Origin: Ranitomeya imitator
Taxonomy: Eukaryota
Assembly (NCBI RefSeq): GCF_032444005.1
Contig: NC_091290.1
Location: 43,338,001 to 43,402,000, forward strand
Direction: 5' to 3'
DNA length: 64,000 nucleotides
Shown: one piece after another, positions 62,192-64,000 of the stretch
Numbering within the stretch: the stretch's first letter is position 1
Layout of the letters: every line of letters begins with the position of its first letter
The notes under the pieces: model-generated
Told to the model about the DNA's origin: nothing
Databases searched by the model: none
The model's input: only the letters and a program-made list of their open reading frames with translations
Position numbers and translations under genes: made by a program

Positions 62192-64000
62192 TAGTGATGG
62201 GCAAGCACTAAAATGCTCGGGTGCTCATTGCTCGGATCGAGCAAATTGCAATACTCGGGTACTCGACCCGAGCCCAATGTAAGTCTATGGGAAACCCGAG
62301 CATTTTTACCGCGATTCCCCCCGGGGTCCTTTTAAGGTCTAAAAACGTCTGAAAATTATGGAAACACTGATCAAATGACACGGGAACATCATGGGGATCG
62401 CCCCTGGAAGCATTTCTGACTCCTAGGTCACAGCTGTAAACAATGTTGTCAGAGTTTCACGCCATTTTTGCAAGCGCACCAAAAAATCATAGAAAAACTA
62501 AAGCAAAATGGATTCTACTGTGAAATATGTTAAGGAACATCTTTTCCAGGGTAATGAATTATATAAAGCAAAATAATTAATCCCAACCAAAAATATTTCC
62601 TCCACCACTTGGGCTATGTTCACACACAGCAATTTTGATGCGTTTTTCAACTTTAACATTGCTTTCAACCAATACAAATGCATTCACTGGGTAATGCCAT
62701 TGTAACATTGAACAACCCTAGCTGGCCATGTGTTGTGTGACACATAAGCAGATGCTTATTATTGCTTCATTTATGAAGGATGGACTCAAAGTCACAGAGC
62801 CTATTTTTAGAGGGGCATCAGATGTCATTAATGTTCTTAAAGGGCCATTAAACAGTGGGTCTCCTATACTGTTATTGCCTATGCAGTGAGTGGCTGGGCT
62901 ACCAAAAATTATGACGCACTCCATTACCCCTTTCATGTGATGTACAGGAGTGTCTCCTGAAAAAATGTGCCCCAAAGTTACATGCACCCCAATAACCGTT
63001 ACTGCAGACGTACTTGAGGGTCTCATGTCAAAATTGTTCCCATTAGAAGAGACTGTGCCTCCCATACTATTTGCTTATGCCTTGAATGCAAGGCCTGCCT
63101 GCACCATTGTTAAATGCACCCCAAGGACTGTTTCAGCAGACGTACTTTGCCGCCTCATGACAAAATTGTTCCCATTAGAAGAGGGTGTGTTCCACACTGT
63201 TTGCTTATTCATTGATTGCAAGGCCTGCCCTGCACCAATGTTACATGCACCCCAATAACTGTTTCCGCAGACTTACTTTACCGCCTCATGACTAGAGTTG
63301 AGCAACTTTTACTTTTTTAGGATCGAGTAGGGTTTCGCGAAACCCGACTTTGTCAAAAGTCGGGTCGGGTGAAATCGGCCGATTATTGCGAAAAGTCGGG
63401 GGCCGACCGAAACACGAAACCCAATGCAAATCAATGGGGAATCAAAGTCGGCAGTGAGTGGAGGACATGAAACCACCTACAGTGTCCATTTTAATGCCAA
63501 AAACATCAATTCTTATTTCTTAAGCTTGCCAATCTTAATTTACTTTATAATAATAGTTAGGCATTGAAAACAGGGGGTCATTTGGCTAAAGTTGTGGGGG
63601 GTAGGGCTGGCTCAAGATTTTCGTGGGCCCAGGAAACGTGGAATACATCACGGCGGAGGAGCAGGGAGAGGTAAGTATTTCAACTTTTCAAGTGCTGTGA
63701 TCCTGAGCAACCAGGGGGGGGCCCACTCATTGGCACTGGCACAGGGCCCCTCATAGTACGGCGGTGTGTTTGACGGTGGGTGGCGCCTCCCACTGCCAGA
63801 GACACTTTTGTGTACTATGAGGGGCCCTGTGCCAGTGACGTCGCCAACGAGTATGCCCCCCCACCTGATGAAGGAACCTGCACTTTCATTTGCACCTTCC
63901 TCTTTGTCCCTGTGTAAGGTGGTATAGTATGCGGGAAGGGAAGCCTGACTTTCAGCAGGGTCAGATTCTGGCTGTGTAGAGTGCAAGGGGAATGTAGTGG
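62192..64000. mobile_element. Two nested hAT-type non-autonomous elements (starts at 62192 and 63293), running off the window
   Basis: TAGTGATGGGC.. and TAGAGTTGAGC.. starts resemble the termini of the 8-bp-TSD MITE at 30213. The other ends are not visible. Confidence 0.55.

Overview
Repeat-rich vertebrate genomic DNA, most consistent with an anuran amphibian (inferred from the repeat families; no database search was possible). The only host genes form a tandem cluster of three GT10 alpha-1,3-fucosyltransferase copies (FUT3/5/6-like) on the minus strand: two intact ORFs (3584-4639, 33109-34164) and one frameshifted, LTR-truncated pseudogene (12294-13049). They lie in segmental duplications that later gained different transposon insertions. 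The standout feature is a 13.3-kb PIF/Harbinger transposon (13670-26964, 51-bp perfect TIRs, TAA TSD, empty site visible in the paralogous block). It appears to carry four open spliced genes instead of the usual two: a DDE transposase, a MADF protein, and a head-to-head pair of atypical Myb/SANT-like + coiled-coil genes. One of that pair is built from eight tandem 87-nt phase-1 exon cassettes. The rest of the window holds two Gypsy elements fused by a deletion, non-autonomous Helitrons, many Harbinger and hAT MITEs, Tc1 and RTE remnants, a decayed piggyBac carrying telomere-like repeats, and Penelope-like elements with hammerhead-ribozyme-like motifs. Exon structures are predicted by eye from splice consensus and frame continuity, not from transcripts. 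Most short ORFs in the supplied track are translations of repeats.
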